Positions 17,436-26,540 are shown, numbered from the stretch's first letter. The stretch is 34,102 bases of DNA from a virus (IMGVR_UViG_2778261316_000008), one strand, 5' to 3'. Program-made: numbers and translations. Notes: a model not told the origin generated them from the letters alone.

Positions 17436-17479
17436 GTTTTGTCTCTACAGGCGGGTGATTTATCATTGCCAGCCGCTGA

Positions 17480-17515
17480 GGGGCTGTATTACCTTTATAA
17501 AGGCTTTACAGCCCC
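17480..17515. promoter_or_regulatory. nested dyad element in the G-I intergenic gap
   Basis: Perfect 12-bp palindrome CCTTTATAAAGG (17492-17503) flanked by 9-bp inverted repeat GGGGCTGTA / TACAGCCCC. Confidence 0.4.
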
Positions 17516-17649
17516 CGCTTTGCACCACTATTCGCCCGCAGCGTGACATTCCCCGTACTGATACCCCCGATTTTTTCTAAAGCAGATTAAAAGCGCTGCT
17601 GATGCTTTTTCCACAGACTGTCCCCGACAACGTAACGCGGGACAGCAAA

Positions 17650-18747
17650 ATGCCAGCCATTCACATTTTTAAAGCCGGTACTCATACCGATATGCACGGC
17701 ACGAAACTGCCGTTCACGCAAAGCGATCTTGCCGCCTGCGTGAAAGCCTATGACCCGTCCGTCCATGAAGCACCACTCGTTATTGGCCACCCCAAAACGG
17801 AAGACCCGGCGTGGGGCTGGGTGAAATCCCTGTCGCTCAAAGGCGGCGATCTGCTGGCAGAGCCTGACCAGCTCGACCCGCAGTTTGCCGAACTGGTGGG
17901 CAACGGACGCTTCAAGAAGGTCTCCGCCTCATTCTATCTCCCTGACTCACCGAACAACCCGAAGCCCGGCACGCTTTACCTGCGTCATGTCGGCTTTCTG
18001 GGGGCGCAGCCACCTTCCATTAAGGGGCTGAAGCAGGTCTCGTTTGGTGAGAAAGAAGAAGGCGTCGTGGAGTTTGCCGACTGGAGTGATATCACCAATG
18101 CCTCTTTATGGGGCCGTCTGCGCGATTTTCTGATCGCCCAGTTCGGGCTGGACGAGACCGACAAGGTGCTTCCTTCATGGCAGGTTGACTCCCTGCGCGA
18201 AGAGGCTTACCGCGACACCGGGAAGTCTGAACCGGACTTCAGTGAACACAATCCCAACCCTCAACAAGAGAACAGCACCATGACTGAAGAAGAAATCAAA
18301 GCGCTTCAGGCGGAAAACACGCGTCTGAAAGCGGAAGCCACCCAGCGGGCGGAACAGGAAGCAAAGACCAGGCAGGACAAGCTGCACGCGGACAACGTCT
18401 CCTTTGCCGAGAAGCTGGTCGGCGCGGGTCGCCTGACCCCGGCAGCAAAACCGGTTGTTGTTGCCATTCTTGACGCGGTCTCTGCAGGTGACAAGCCGGT
18501 TGAGTTTGCCGAAGGCGATACCCGCACCCCGCTGGCCACGGCGTTTAAGACGCTGCTGGACAGCACTGATCCGGTACTGAATTTCAGTGAGCATGCGACC
18601 AAAGACCGCGTGAGCACGGATATCAAAACGACGTCAGCGGAGTTTGCTGAAGCCGACCCGGAACGTCTGGCGCTGCATCAGAAAGCGCTGGAACTGTCGA
18701 AAAAAGAAGGCATCAGCTACGACGCTGCTGTCTCCCGCTGCCTGTAA
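17650..18747 (+). CDS. prohead protease/scaffold protein (Mu I-like)
   Basis: MPAIHIFKAGTHTD... N-terminus, C-terminal coiled-coil scaffold-like region; alternative upstream in-frame ATG at 17602. Confidence 0.7.
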   Translation: MPAIHIFKAGTHTDMHGTKLPFTQSDLAACVKAYDPSVHEAPLVIGHPKTEDPAWGWVKSLSLKGGDLLAEPDQLDPQFAELVGNGRFKKVSASFYLPDSPNNPKPGTLYLRHVGFLGAQPPSIKGLKQVSFGEKEEGVVEFADWSDITNASLWGRLRDFLIAQFGLDETDKVLPSWQVDSLREEAYRDTGKSEPDFSEHNPNPQQENSTMTEEEIKALQAENTRLKAEATQRAEQEAKTRQDKLHADNVSFAEKLVGAGRLTPAAKPVVVAILDAVSAGDKPVEFAEGDTRTPLATAFKTLLDSTDPVLNFSEHATKDRVSTDIKTTSAEFAEADPERLALHQKALELSKKEGISYDAAVSRCL

Positions 18748-18760
18748 TTAAGGAGAGAAC

Positions 18761-19714
18761 ATGTCTGACTATTTAAAGGGTAAGCGCGTCGTTGACCCGG
18801 TGCTGACCAGCATCGCACGCGGTTATAAAAATGCCGCGTTCATCGGCGAACGCATCTTCCCCATTGTCCTTACCGATAAGGAAGGTGTGACCGTGCCGAC
18901 CTTCGGTAAATCCGCTTTTGTGGAGTACGACACCGAGCGTGCCGTGGGGGCTGACAGTAACGTTCTGGTGCGCGAGAAAACCGGCAAGCTGGACCTGGTT
19001 CTCAACGAGCACGATCTGGCTGCGCCGGTGGACTATCGCGAGCAGGCGGAGTCGATGTTCAACGAAGAGGCCAAAGCCATTCGCCGTGTGACGAGCGGCG
19101 TCAACCTGAAGCGCGAACTGTATGCGGCCCGTCTGGCCCAGGACAAAAACGTCTATCGCGCGGCTAACGTCAAAGCGCTGGCTGCGGCTGACCGCTGGGG
19201 CGGTGGTAAGGGTGACCCGATTGGCGTCATTGAAGGCGGGATTGAGGCGGTACGTAACGCCACCGGCCTGCGTCCGAACCTGATGACCATGGGGGCAAGC
19301 GTCATGTCGCTGCTGAAGTTCCACCCGGCGATTCAGGCCGCGATTGGAGCCAACGAGCGCAAGCGTATCACCATCGAAATTCTGAAAGACCTTTTCCAGC
19401 TGGAAGATGTGGCGATCGGCGAGCCGGTCTCCATGGCCTCCATGAAAGACGCGCAGAACAAGGACAAAGTCCCGACCGATATCTGGGGTGACAACCTGAT
19501 GCTGCATTACGTCGGCAAACCCCAGCCAGGCACCGACAGCGCCGACGAAAACGAGCCGTCATTCGGTTACACCCTGCGCCGTAAAGGGATGCCGGTGGCG
19601 GATAAATACGACGGCGTCGGCGGCAAGGTGAAGTACTGCCGTTATACCGATATCTACAAAGTCGCCGTGGTCGGTGGCGATGCCGGGTATCTCATCACCA
19701 ACATTGTGAAATAA
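18761..19714 (+). CDS. major head (capsid) protein (Mu T-like)
   Basis: 317 aa, strong RBS AAGGAGAG, position after protease/scaffold. Confidence 0.75.
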   Translation: MSDYLKGKRVVDPVLTSIARGYKNAAFIGERIFPIVLTDKEGVTVPTFGKSAFVEYDTERAVGADSNVLVREKTGKLDLVLNEHDLAAPVDYREQAESMFNEEAKAIRRVTSGVNLKRELYAARLAQDKNVYRAANVKALAAADRWGGGKGDPIGVIEGGIEAVRNATGLRPNLMTMGASVMSLLKFHPAIQAAIGANERKRITIEILKDLFQLEDVAIGEPVSMASMKDAQNKDKVPTDIWGDNLMLHYVGKPQPGTDSADENEPSFGYTLRRKGMPVADKYDGVGGKVKYCRYTDIYKVAVVGGDAGYLITNIVK

Positions 19715-19724
19715 GGAGACGGTC

Positions 19725-20081
19725 ATGGGTACAACTCAACAGGTCATTCTGACCACCACTGTCGTCGCACTTGCGGCCCTCTCTCAGCAGCGTTTTGTGG
19801 GGGCCGATAACGCCCCCTGCAAGGCCGGAGCCGTGGCGCTCGGTGTGGCAGAGGTGGATGCTGCTGCCGGTGATGTAACGCCGGTCAACGTACTGGGTAT
19901 TGTTGCCGTCGAGGCTGGTGCTGCGATTGCTAAAGGGCAGAACGTCCAGTCGGATGAGAATGCCTGCGCCGTTCCCCAGACAGCCGCATCGGGCGAGACC
20001 CCGGCGGGCATTTCTGCCGGGATTGCGCTGGATGAGGCGCTGGCCGAAGGTGACGTTATCCGTATCCTGCGCGGGGTGTGA
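19725..20081 (+). CDS. hypothetical head-associated protein (Ala/Gly-rich)
   Basis: 118 aa, RBS AAGGAGA, conserved position after capsid gene. Confidence 0.5.
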   Translation: MGTTQQVILTTTVVALAALSQQRFVGADNAPCKAGAVALGVAEVDAAAGDVTPVNVLGIVAVEAGAAIAKGQNVQSDENACAVPQTAASGETPAGISAGIALDEALAEGDVIRILRGV

Positions 20082-20082
20082 T

Positions 20083-20529
20083 ATGTACTGCACCCTCGCG
20101 GATTTGCTTGAACAGGTTCCTGAGCGGACGCTAATCCAGCTCACCAATGAGGAGCTGGACTTCGACTCGCCCGCGACGGTGAAAACTGAGGTGGTGGACA
20201 GCTGTATTCGCTATGCCGATGAACTGATTGATGCCCATCTGCGCGGACGCTATACCCTGCCGCTGGCGGAGATACCGACCGTTCTGCGGGACATTGCCAT
20301 CACGCTGGTGCGTTACCGGCTCTACACCCGCCGCCCGGAAGGGGCTGTCCCGGATACCGTGAAGGATGACCACAAAGAGGCCCGGCGACAGCTGGAGGGG
20401 TTGCGTGACAACAAGCTGACGCTGGGGCTGCAGTCCACTCAAAAAGACGTGCCTGAGTCCGGTGAAATCCGGGCGCGGGCACGTCGCCCCACCTTTGCCG
20501 GGCGCGATGGCTTACTGGAGAAATACTGA
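20083..20529 (+). CDS. Mu gp36-like protein (DUF1320-like)
   Basis: ATG at 20083; position and size as in Mu-like head-tail joining region. Confidence 0.55.
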   Translation: MYCTLADLLEQVPERTLIQLTNEELDFDSPATVKTEVVDSCIRYADELIDAHLRGRYTLPLAEIPTVLRDIAITLVRYRLYTRRPEGAVPDTVKDDHKEARRQLEGLRDNKLTLGLQSTQKDVPESGEIRARARRPTFAGRDGLLEKY

Positions 20530-20993
20530 TGAACGTTCTGCCCGTCCTCGATGCAGTACTGACCCGGTTACGGGAGAAGCTGCCGCAGCTGCAGGTGGAG
20601 TACTTCCCGGAGAAACCGGCTGAGTATCGCCTGAATCATCCGGTTGGGGCGCTGCTGGTGAGCTATGCCGGGTCGCGCTTCGATAAGCCGAATGATATCG
20701 GTGCGGTGCTCCAGACTCAGACTATCCAGCTCTGCGTCACGGTAGTTTTCCGCCAGCTCAACGGTAAAAGAGGCGCGATTGACGTTCTGGATGCAGTCCG
20801 TCGCATCCTCGGTGGCTACACCCCGCCGAACTGCCGCCGTCGCATCTGGCTGACCCGCGAGGTGTTTATCGGTGAGGTCAAGGGGCTGTGGCAGTACGCC
20901 CTCGACTTTGCCACTGAAAGCGTCTTTATCGAAGACAGCGATTTACCGTCCGGCCCGCTGTTAACCGAAGTGAACTATGAGGAAAGCGAGTGA
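20529..20993 (+). CDS. Mu gp37-like protein (DUF1834-like)
   Basis: ATGA overlap with upstream gene; 154 aa. Confidence 0.55.
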   Translation: MNVLPVLDAVLTRLREKLPQLQVEYFPEKPAEYRLNHPVGALLVSYAGSRFDKPNDIGAVLQTQTIQLCVTVVFRQLNGKRGAIDVLDAVRRILGGYTPPNCRRRIWLTREVFIGEVKGLWQYALDFATESVFIEDSDLPSGPLLTEVNYEESE

Positions 20994-21244
20994 TGAAAGA
21001 ATACCGCTATTCCGGCCCGGCCAGCGGCGTCACGCTGTCGGACGGAACCGAAATCCTGCTCTGGCCGGGGAAGAATGTTTCCCTGCCGGAGGAGCATGAC
21101 TATGTGAAGGTACTGGTGGCGCTGAAGCATCTGACACCGGTATCTGAAGAGACTAAACCCGCCAGCACACCGGTTGTGCAGTCACCAAAGCGCAGGAACG
21201 CCGGCGACAACGATGTGAAAACGGAGGACTCCCATGGCAGCTAA
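20993..21244 (+). CDS. hypothetical protein
   Basis: 83 aa from ATG 20993 (GTG 20990 alternative); overlaps flanking genes. Confidence 0.45.
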   Translation: MKEYRYSGPASGVTLSDGTEILLWPGKNVSLPEEHDYVKVLVALKHLTPVSEETKPASTPVVQSPKRRNAGDNDVKTEDSHGS

Positions 21245-22661
21245 CTATCTGCATGGCGTCGAAACCATTGAGGTGGAAAACGGTGCCCGCCCGGTAAAAA
21301 CGGTGAAGTCTGCCGTCATTGGCCTGATTGGTACCGCCCCGATGGGGGACGTCAATACGCTGGTGCAGTGCCTGTCTGAGAAAGATGCAGCGGCGTTTGG
21401 CAGCCAGCTCACCGGTTTTACCATTCCGCAGGCGCTGGATGCGATCTACGACCATGGGGCAGGCACCGTTCTGGTCATTAACGTGCTTGATCCGGCTGTG
21501 CATAAAACCGCTGTGGCCGATGAAGATGTAACGTTCGACAAGGCGACGGGCAAGGCACAGCTGGCTAATCCGGTGGTCGCGCAGCTGGTACTGAAACCGG
21601 ACAGCGATGGCCAGCCTTATGTGGAAGGTCAGGACTACTCGCTTGATGCACAGACCGGAGTGATTACCAACCTTGGTAAGAGCATTGCCGCAGATGCAAC
21701 GGTGAAGGCCAGCTATAACTATGCTGATCCAACTAAAGTCACCCCGGCTGATATCATCGGTGCCGTTAACGCTGCGGGCAACCGTACCGGCATGAAGCTG
21801 CTTAACGACAGCTTCAACCTGTTTGGCTACTTCGCAAAAATACTGATTGCCCCGGTCTTCTGCACCCAGAACAGCGTCTCGGTTGAGCTTATCGCCATGG
21901 CTGAGAAGCTGGGCGCGGTGACCTACATCGACGCGCCGATTGGTACCACTTTTGCGCAGGCTCTGGCGGGGCGTGGCCCGGAAGGCACCATTAACTTCAA
22001 CACCAGCTCCGACCGCGTCCGTCTGTGCTACCCGCACGTCAAGGTGTACGACGCGGCCACCAACAGCGAACGGCTGGAGCCGCTGAGCCAGCGTGCTGCA
22101 GGTCTGCGTGCCAAAGTCGACCTGGACAAGGGCTACTGGTGGTCGTCCTCCAACCAGGAAATTCTGGGTATCACCGGCGTGGAGCGCCAGCTGTCGGCAA
22201 TGATTGACGACCCGCAGAGCGAGGTGAACCTGCTCAACGAACAGGGCATCACCACGGTCTTCAGCAGCTACGGCAGCGGCCTGCGTCTGTGGGGCAACCG
22301 TATGGCGGCATGGCCAACGGTCACCCATATGCGCAACTTTGAGAACGTTCGCCGTACCGGTGATGTGATCAACGAGTCCCTGCGTTACTTCAGCCAGCAG
22401 TACATCGACATGCCGATTACCCAAGCGCTGATTGATGCGCTGACGGAGTCGGTCAACGCCTACGGTCGCAAGCTGATTGGCGACGGTGCGCTGCTGGGCT
22501 TCAGCTGCTGGTTTGATCCGGCCCGCAACGAAGAGACGGAGCTTGCCGCCGGTCACCTGTTGCTGAGCTACAAATACACGCCACCACCACCGCTGGAGCG
22601 ACTGACGTTTGAGACCGAGATCACCTCGGAATATCTGTTAACCCTGAAGGGGAATAGCTGA
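21234..22661 (+). CDS. tail sheath protein (Mu L-like)
   Basis: 475 aa, MAANYLHGVETIEV... N-terminus typical of contractile sheath; GGAGGA RBS. Confidence 0.85.
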   Translation: MAANYLHGVETIEVENGARPVKTVKSAVIGLIGTAPMGDVNTLVQCLSEKDAAAFGSQLTGFTIPQALDAIYDHGAGTVLVINVLDPAVHKTAVADEDVTFDKATGKAQLANPVVAQLVLKPDSDGQPYVEGQDYSLDAQTGVITNLGKSIAADATVKASYNYADPTKVTPADIIGAVNAAGNRTGMKLLNDSFNLFGYFAKILIAPVFCTQNSVSVELIAMAEKLGAVTYIDAPIGTTFAQALAGRGPEGTINFNTSSDRVRLCYPHVKVYDAATNSERLEPLSQRAAGLRAKVDLDKGYWWSSSNQEILGITGVERQLSAMIDDPQSEVNLLNEQGITTVFSSYGSGLRLWGNRMAAWPTVTHMRNFENVRRTGDVINESLRYFSQQYIDMPITQALIDALTESVNAYGRKLIGDGALLGFSCWFDPARNEETELAAGHLLLSYKYTPPPPLERLTFETEITSEYLLTLKGNS

Positions 22662-23182
22662 TGGCAAAGATTGAGATCAACCGCATCACGAATGCCAACA
22701 TCTACCTGGATGGCGCTAACCTGCTGGGCCGGGCCGAGGAGGTCAAACTCCCGGACGTCTCCATGACCATGCAGGAGCATAAGGCGCTGGGGATGGTGGG
22801 CAAAGTGGAACTCCCGGCAGGCTTCGACAAGCTGGAGGGTGAGATCAAGTGGAACAGCTTTTACCGCGACGCGATGCTGTCTGCTGCGAACCCGTATAAG
22901 TCGCTGGCGCTGCAGTGCCGTTCCAGCGTCCAGCGCTACAGTTCGCAGGGGCTGATTGACGAAATCCCGCTGGTCACATTCCTGACGATCATGTTCAAGA
23001 AGAACCCGCTGGGGACGTTCAAACAGCACGAGAACGCCGAGTTCTCTAGCAGCTTCACCTGCACGTACATCAAGCAGGTACTGGATGGTGAAGAGCTGCT
23101 GGAGCTGGACTATCTGGCCAACATCTTCCGAGTCGGCGGCGTTGACCAGTTGACTGACTACCGCATCAATATCGGGGGCTGA
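22661..23182 (+). CDS. tail tube protein (Mu M-like)
   Basis: 173 aa directly after sheath with ATGA overlap. Confidence 0.8.
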   Translation: MAKIEINRITNANIYLDGANLLGRAEEVKLPDVSMTMQEHKALGMVGKVELPAGFDKLEGEIKWNSFYRDAMLSAANPYKSLALQCRSSVQRYSSQGLIDEIPLVTFLTIMFKKNPLGTFKQHENAEFSSSFTCTYIKQVLDGEELLELDYLANIFRVGGVDQLTDYRINIGG

Positions 23183-23184
23183 CG

Positions 23185-23466
23185 GTGACCGTCGAGATTG
23201 AAGATAAAGGCGGGAACTGTGGTTCGATTGGCATGGGAAATGGTACGTGGTTTACCATCCTTGATATTCCGGGGGTGGAAAACCTTTTTAATACCCAGAA
23301 AACCAATGACCCGATTGACTGCACCCGCTCTAAAGCACGGAAGCTCGCTGACCTGATTGAGGCATGGGAGCCACCTGACCACTGGTTCACCGGCATCGGC
23401 AAATCTGAAGGAAAGGCGCTTCTTATCGCCTTCCTGCGTAACTGCAAAGGCTTTCGCACTCACTGA
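23185..23466 (+). CDS. hypothetical protein (possible moron)
   Basis: 93 aa from GTG at 23185; AT-richer than neighbours; followed by terminator hairpin. Confidence 0.35.
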   Translation: MTVEIEDKGGNCGSIGMGNGTWFTILDIPGVENLFNTQKTNDPIDCTRSKARKLADLIEAWEPPDHWFTGIGKSEGKALLIAFLRNCKGFRTH

Positions 23467-23473
23467 TATCACA

Positions 23474-23496
23474 GGGGCTTCGGCCCCTTTCTTCTT
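23474..23496 (+). terminator. rho-independent terminator
   Basis: GGGGC-TTCG-GCCCC stem-loop followed by TTTCTTCTT. Confidence 0.6.
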
Positions 23497-23501
23497 AATC
23501 C

Positions 23502-23539
23502 CCTTTAATATCCGTCACGTCCACCTCCAGACATACTGC
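23502..23539 (+). promoter_or_regulatory. candidate activator-dependent late promoter element (copy 1)
   Basis: CCTTTAATATCCG-N18-ATACTGC; same bipartite block with identical spacing recurs at 29318-29355. Confidence 0.45.
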
Positions 23540-23564
23540 TCTGAACTTACACAGGAGCACGATC

Positions 23565-23879
23565 ATGTCACAGACCCAATCCGATACTTTTAAGCTGTCT
23601 TACCCCTTCACCACCGCAGCAGGCACCAGAGTTGAGCAGGTTGAACTGAAACGCCTGACGGTCAAAGACCTGAAGCAGGTGCGCAAAATCAGTAAAGACC
23701 CGGCTGACTGGGACGAACCGCTCATTGCCCGTAGCACCGGTATTCTCCCCGAAGACCTCGATAACATGGATCTTACCGATTACATGGAGCTGCAGAAACG
23801 ATTTCAGCAAGTCACTGGGCTGGGCAAGAGCGACGAAAACGCTGATGCAGGCGCAGGGGCTGCTGGCGAGGTGGTTTAG
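23565..23879 (+). CDS. tail assembly chaperone
   Basis: 104 aa, upstream of tape measure; acidic C-terminus; overlapping +1-frame ORF follows. Confidence 0.6.
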   Translation: MSQTQSDTFKLSYPFTTAAGTRVEQVELKRLTVKDLKQVRKISKDPADWDEPLIARSTGILPEDLDNMDLTDYMELQKRFQQVTGLGKSDENADAGAGAAGEVV

Positions 23880-23982
23880 ATTTCAGCCGGGGGAGATTGA
23901 TGCCCTCGATACTGACGATCTGGAGATGTGGCTGGAGCAGGCTGAAGAGCAAATCAAAAGCGAGTTCGGCGACAATCAGTAA
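23725..23982 (+). CDS. putative frameshift-extension ORF of tail assembly chaperone
   Basis: ORF in the +1 frame overlapping the 3' end of the chaperone and ending 90 bp before the tape measure; conserved chaperone/tape-measure arrangement. Confidence 0.35.
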   Translation: MPVAPVFSPKTSITWILPITWSCRNDFSKSLGWARATKTLMQAQGLLARWFRFQPGEIDALDTDDLEMWLEQAEEQIKSEFGDNQ

Positions 23983-24074
23983 CGACTCATCACTTAACAG
24001 CCGCCCCTCGCGGCTGTTCTGCATGGCTCTCAGACATTTTCCTTCCGTTTTTCCGCTTTCAGAGGATAACAACC

Positions 24075-26540
24075 GTGGCCAGTGAATTTTCAGTCGGCGT
24101 CATTATTGGCGGCATTGTCGGGAGCAGCTTCCGCTCAGCCGTCAGTGGCACCCGACGCGCCCTAGATTCCCTGGGCGATACATCGCGCCGCCTGCAGGAA
24201 CGCCAGAATGCCTTAACTCGTGCAACTGAACGTTATGGCCAGTTAGGCTCTTCCCGGATGCAGCGCCTCAACAGCGAACTGCTGCGGGTAAGCCGCACAA
24301 TGGAGCAAATTGAACGCCAGCAGCGCCGTCTGTCAGCAGTATCAGCCACCAGTGACGCGCTGAAAGCTAACCGCATGGCGCTCTATGGCCAGGGAGCAGA
24401 GACTTATGGTATCGCCCGAACGCTGGGCGCACCGGTCATGGCCTCTGTCAAACAATATTCATCGTTTGAATCCCAGCTACGCGATATCAGTGTCACCGGT
24501 GATCTGGATTCAAGGCAGGAACAGGCCATCGGTACTGCCATTCGTCGGGCATCCCTGCAGGTCAATCAGCTCCAGGAATCTCTGTTGAGCGGCGTTGGTC
24601 AACTGGTTGCCGATGGCATGAATCCGCAGCAGGCAGCGACCTTTGCCGGGATGCTCGGTAAAGCGGCCACGGCCACCAAAGCAGATATGACTGACCTCGC
24701 AAAAATGACCTACGCCTTTAGCGATGCGCTGAAAATTACCGATGCCAAAGAGCTGGAGCAGGCGTTTGGGATTGCGGCAACCGGGGCCAAGCTAGGCTCG
24801 TTTGAGCTGAAGGATATGGCGAAAGCGTTACCCGGTATGGCCAAAGCCTTCGCTGCACGTGGTATTTACGGCAAAGACGCCATAACCCAGATCGTAGCCA
24901 GTCTGGAAGTGGGTAAAGGCAGCGGCTCAGCGGAAGAGGCCGTCACTAATATGTCAAACTGGCTGGCGGCAATGGGACGCGGAGATACCACGCAGAAATA
25001 CGCTAAGGCTGGCGTGGATTACCAGGGATCAATGCAAAATTATGTAGCCCAGGGGTTCTCTCAATATGAAGCCTCCCTGATGATTGCCAACCGGTTTATC
25101 GACGGTAAAGGCAAGGCATTTGTGCAGCAATGGAAGGCGGCAGGCTCAAGAGGCGATCAGGAAGGCCAGCAGAAGCTGATGGAGTCCTTCGGACTGGCGG
25201 AAGTCTTTACCGATATCCAGACCGTGAACCATCTACTGTCTATGCGTCAGGGCTGGGATAAGTACCAATCTAACAAGCAGGAAATGAACACTCCCTCTGC
25301 AATGTCTACGCTGGACAAGGATGCAGCGAAACAAAATGATACGCTCGAAGGACGTTGGCGCAGAACGCAGATTGGGTTTAACGACTCGGCCATTAGCATC
25401 GGAGAATCATTACGTCCGGCGTTGATCCAGCTGGGGGAAACATTCATCCCCTTAATGAACAGCGTTGGAAAATGGATTGCGGCTAATCCGCAACTCGTGA
25501 GCGGCACAATTCAAGTGATTGGCGCATTACTTGCGTTCAAGATGGCAACCATCGGCCTCAAGCTCGGGCTGAATCTCCTTATTTCACCTTTCGTCAACGT
25601 CTGGAAAAATGCCGTGCTCCTGCGGGCCAACTGGCTTCGCCTGACACTCGCGCTGGGTGAAGGCGGCAAACTTCGCTGGCTGGTGACCGGCTTCAGCTCC
25701 GTCGCCAGAGGAGCCAGAACACTGGGTGGTGTGCTGTCAGGTGGGCTGGTTCGCGGCATTATGATCGCCGGGCGTGCCGTTCTCTGGATTGGGCGGGCAT
25801 TGCTGATGAATCCCATTGGTCTTGCTATCACCGCCGTCGCGGCGGCGGCTTATCTTATTTATCGTAACTGGGGGGCTGTCAGCAGTTGGTTCAAACAGCG
25901 CTGGGCTGACATTAAAGAGGCTTTTAACGGCGGTATCGTGGGGATTGGTAAGCTGCTGATTAACTGGTCGCCGGTTGGTCTGCTCTATAAAGCCTTTGCG
26001 GCTGCGCTGAAATATCTCGGCGTTGATCTGCCCGCGAAGTTCACTGACTTCGGTGGCCATCTTATCGACGGGCTGATAAACGGCATCAAAAACAAATGGG
26101 AGTCGCTCAAAACCACCGTCACAGATATGGGTGACAGTGTCGGCGGCTGGTTCAAGGAAAAGCTGGGTATCCATTCGCCGAGCCGCGTGTTTATGGGCTT
26201 TGGTGACAACATCGCGCAGGGTGCCGCTATCGGCCTGCAGCGTACCACACCACTGGCAGCGCTCGCCGGACAACGCCTGGCAACAGAGATGACTCCCGAT
26301 GTTCCCCGTATCCCGTCGCCGGAAATCATGGCAGCGGGATATTCAGGTCGTGGCGCAGTTGCAACTGGCGGCGGAACATCTGGCGGTATCCAGGTCAGCT
26401 TTAATCCTCAGTTTTTCCTCAATGGCAAAGAAACCGCAGCGCCTGCCGGACTGACCGGCGCACTGAATATGAGCCTGCATGAACTGGAGAAAATGCTGGA
26501 GCGTCTGCTGGCTCAGAAACAACGTCGGGGGTACGAATAA
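24075..26540 (+). CDS. tail tape measure protein
   Basis: 821 aa, GTG start after AGAGGA, coiled-coil N-terminus, hydrophobic segments mid-protein. Confidence 0.85.
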   Translation: MASEFSVGVIIGGIVGSSFRSAVSGTRRALDSLGDTSRRLQERQNALTRATERYGQLGSSRMQRLNSELLRVSRTMEQIERQQRRLSAVSATSDALKANRMALYGQGAETYGIARTLGAPVMASVKQYSSFESQLRDISVTGDLDSRQEQAIGTAIRRASLQVNQLQESLLSGVGQLVADGMNPQQAATFAGMLGKAATATKADMTDLAKMTYAFSDALKITDAKELEQAFGIAATGAKLGSFELKDMAKALPGMAKAFAARGIYGKDAITQIVASLEVGKGSGSAEEAVTNMSNWLAAMGRGDTTQKYAKAGVDYQGSMQNYVAQGFSQYEASLMIANRFIDGKGKAFVQQWKAAGSRGDQEGQQKLMESFGLAEVFTDIQTVNHLLSMRQGWDKYQSNKQEMNTPSAMSTLDKDAAKQNDTLEGRWRRTQIGFNDSAISIGESLRPALIQLGETFIPLMNSVGKWIAANPQLVSGTIQVIGALLAFKMATIGLKLGLNLLISPFVNVWKNAVLLRANWLRLTLALGEGGKLRWLVTGFSSVARGARTLGGVLSGGLVRGIMIAGRAVLWIGRALLMNPIGLAITAVAAAAYLIYRNWGAVSSWFKQRWADIKEAFNGGIVGIGKLLINWSPVGLLYKAFAAALKYLGVDLPAKFTDFGGHLIDGLINGIKNKWESLKTTVTDMGDSVGGWFKEKLGIHSPSRVFMGFGDNIAQGAAIGLQRTTPLAALAGQRLATEMTPDVPRIPSPEIMAAGYSGRGAVATGGGTSGGIQVSFNPQFFLNGKETAAPAGLTGALNMSLHELEKMLERLLAQKQRRGYE

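Noticed and set aside
17359-17790. 73-aa (+) and 67-aa (-) ORFs spanning the G-I gap
   Set aside because: Both overlap the ends of well-supported genes and cross the dyad-symmetric region; no RBS; treated as non-coding regulatory sequence.
18773-19507. 244-aa ORF on the minus strand
   Set aside because: Antisense to the major capsid gene within the co-directional head operon.
21153-22556. 467-aa ORF on the minus strand
   Set aside because: Lies entirely antisense to the tail sheath gene, whose plus-strand product has a recognisable sheath N-terminus and operon context; long antisense ORFs are expected in GC-rich coding DNA.
23997-24017. Hairpin ACAGCCGC-CCCTC-GCGGCTGT between the chaperone extension ORF and the tape measure
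   Set aside because: No T-tract follows it and it sits inside what should be a continuous chaperone/tape-measure transcript; more likely a local RNA structure than a terminator, so not called.
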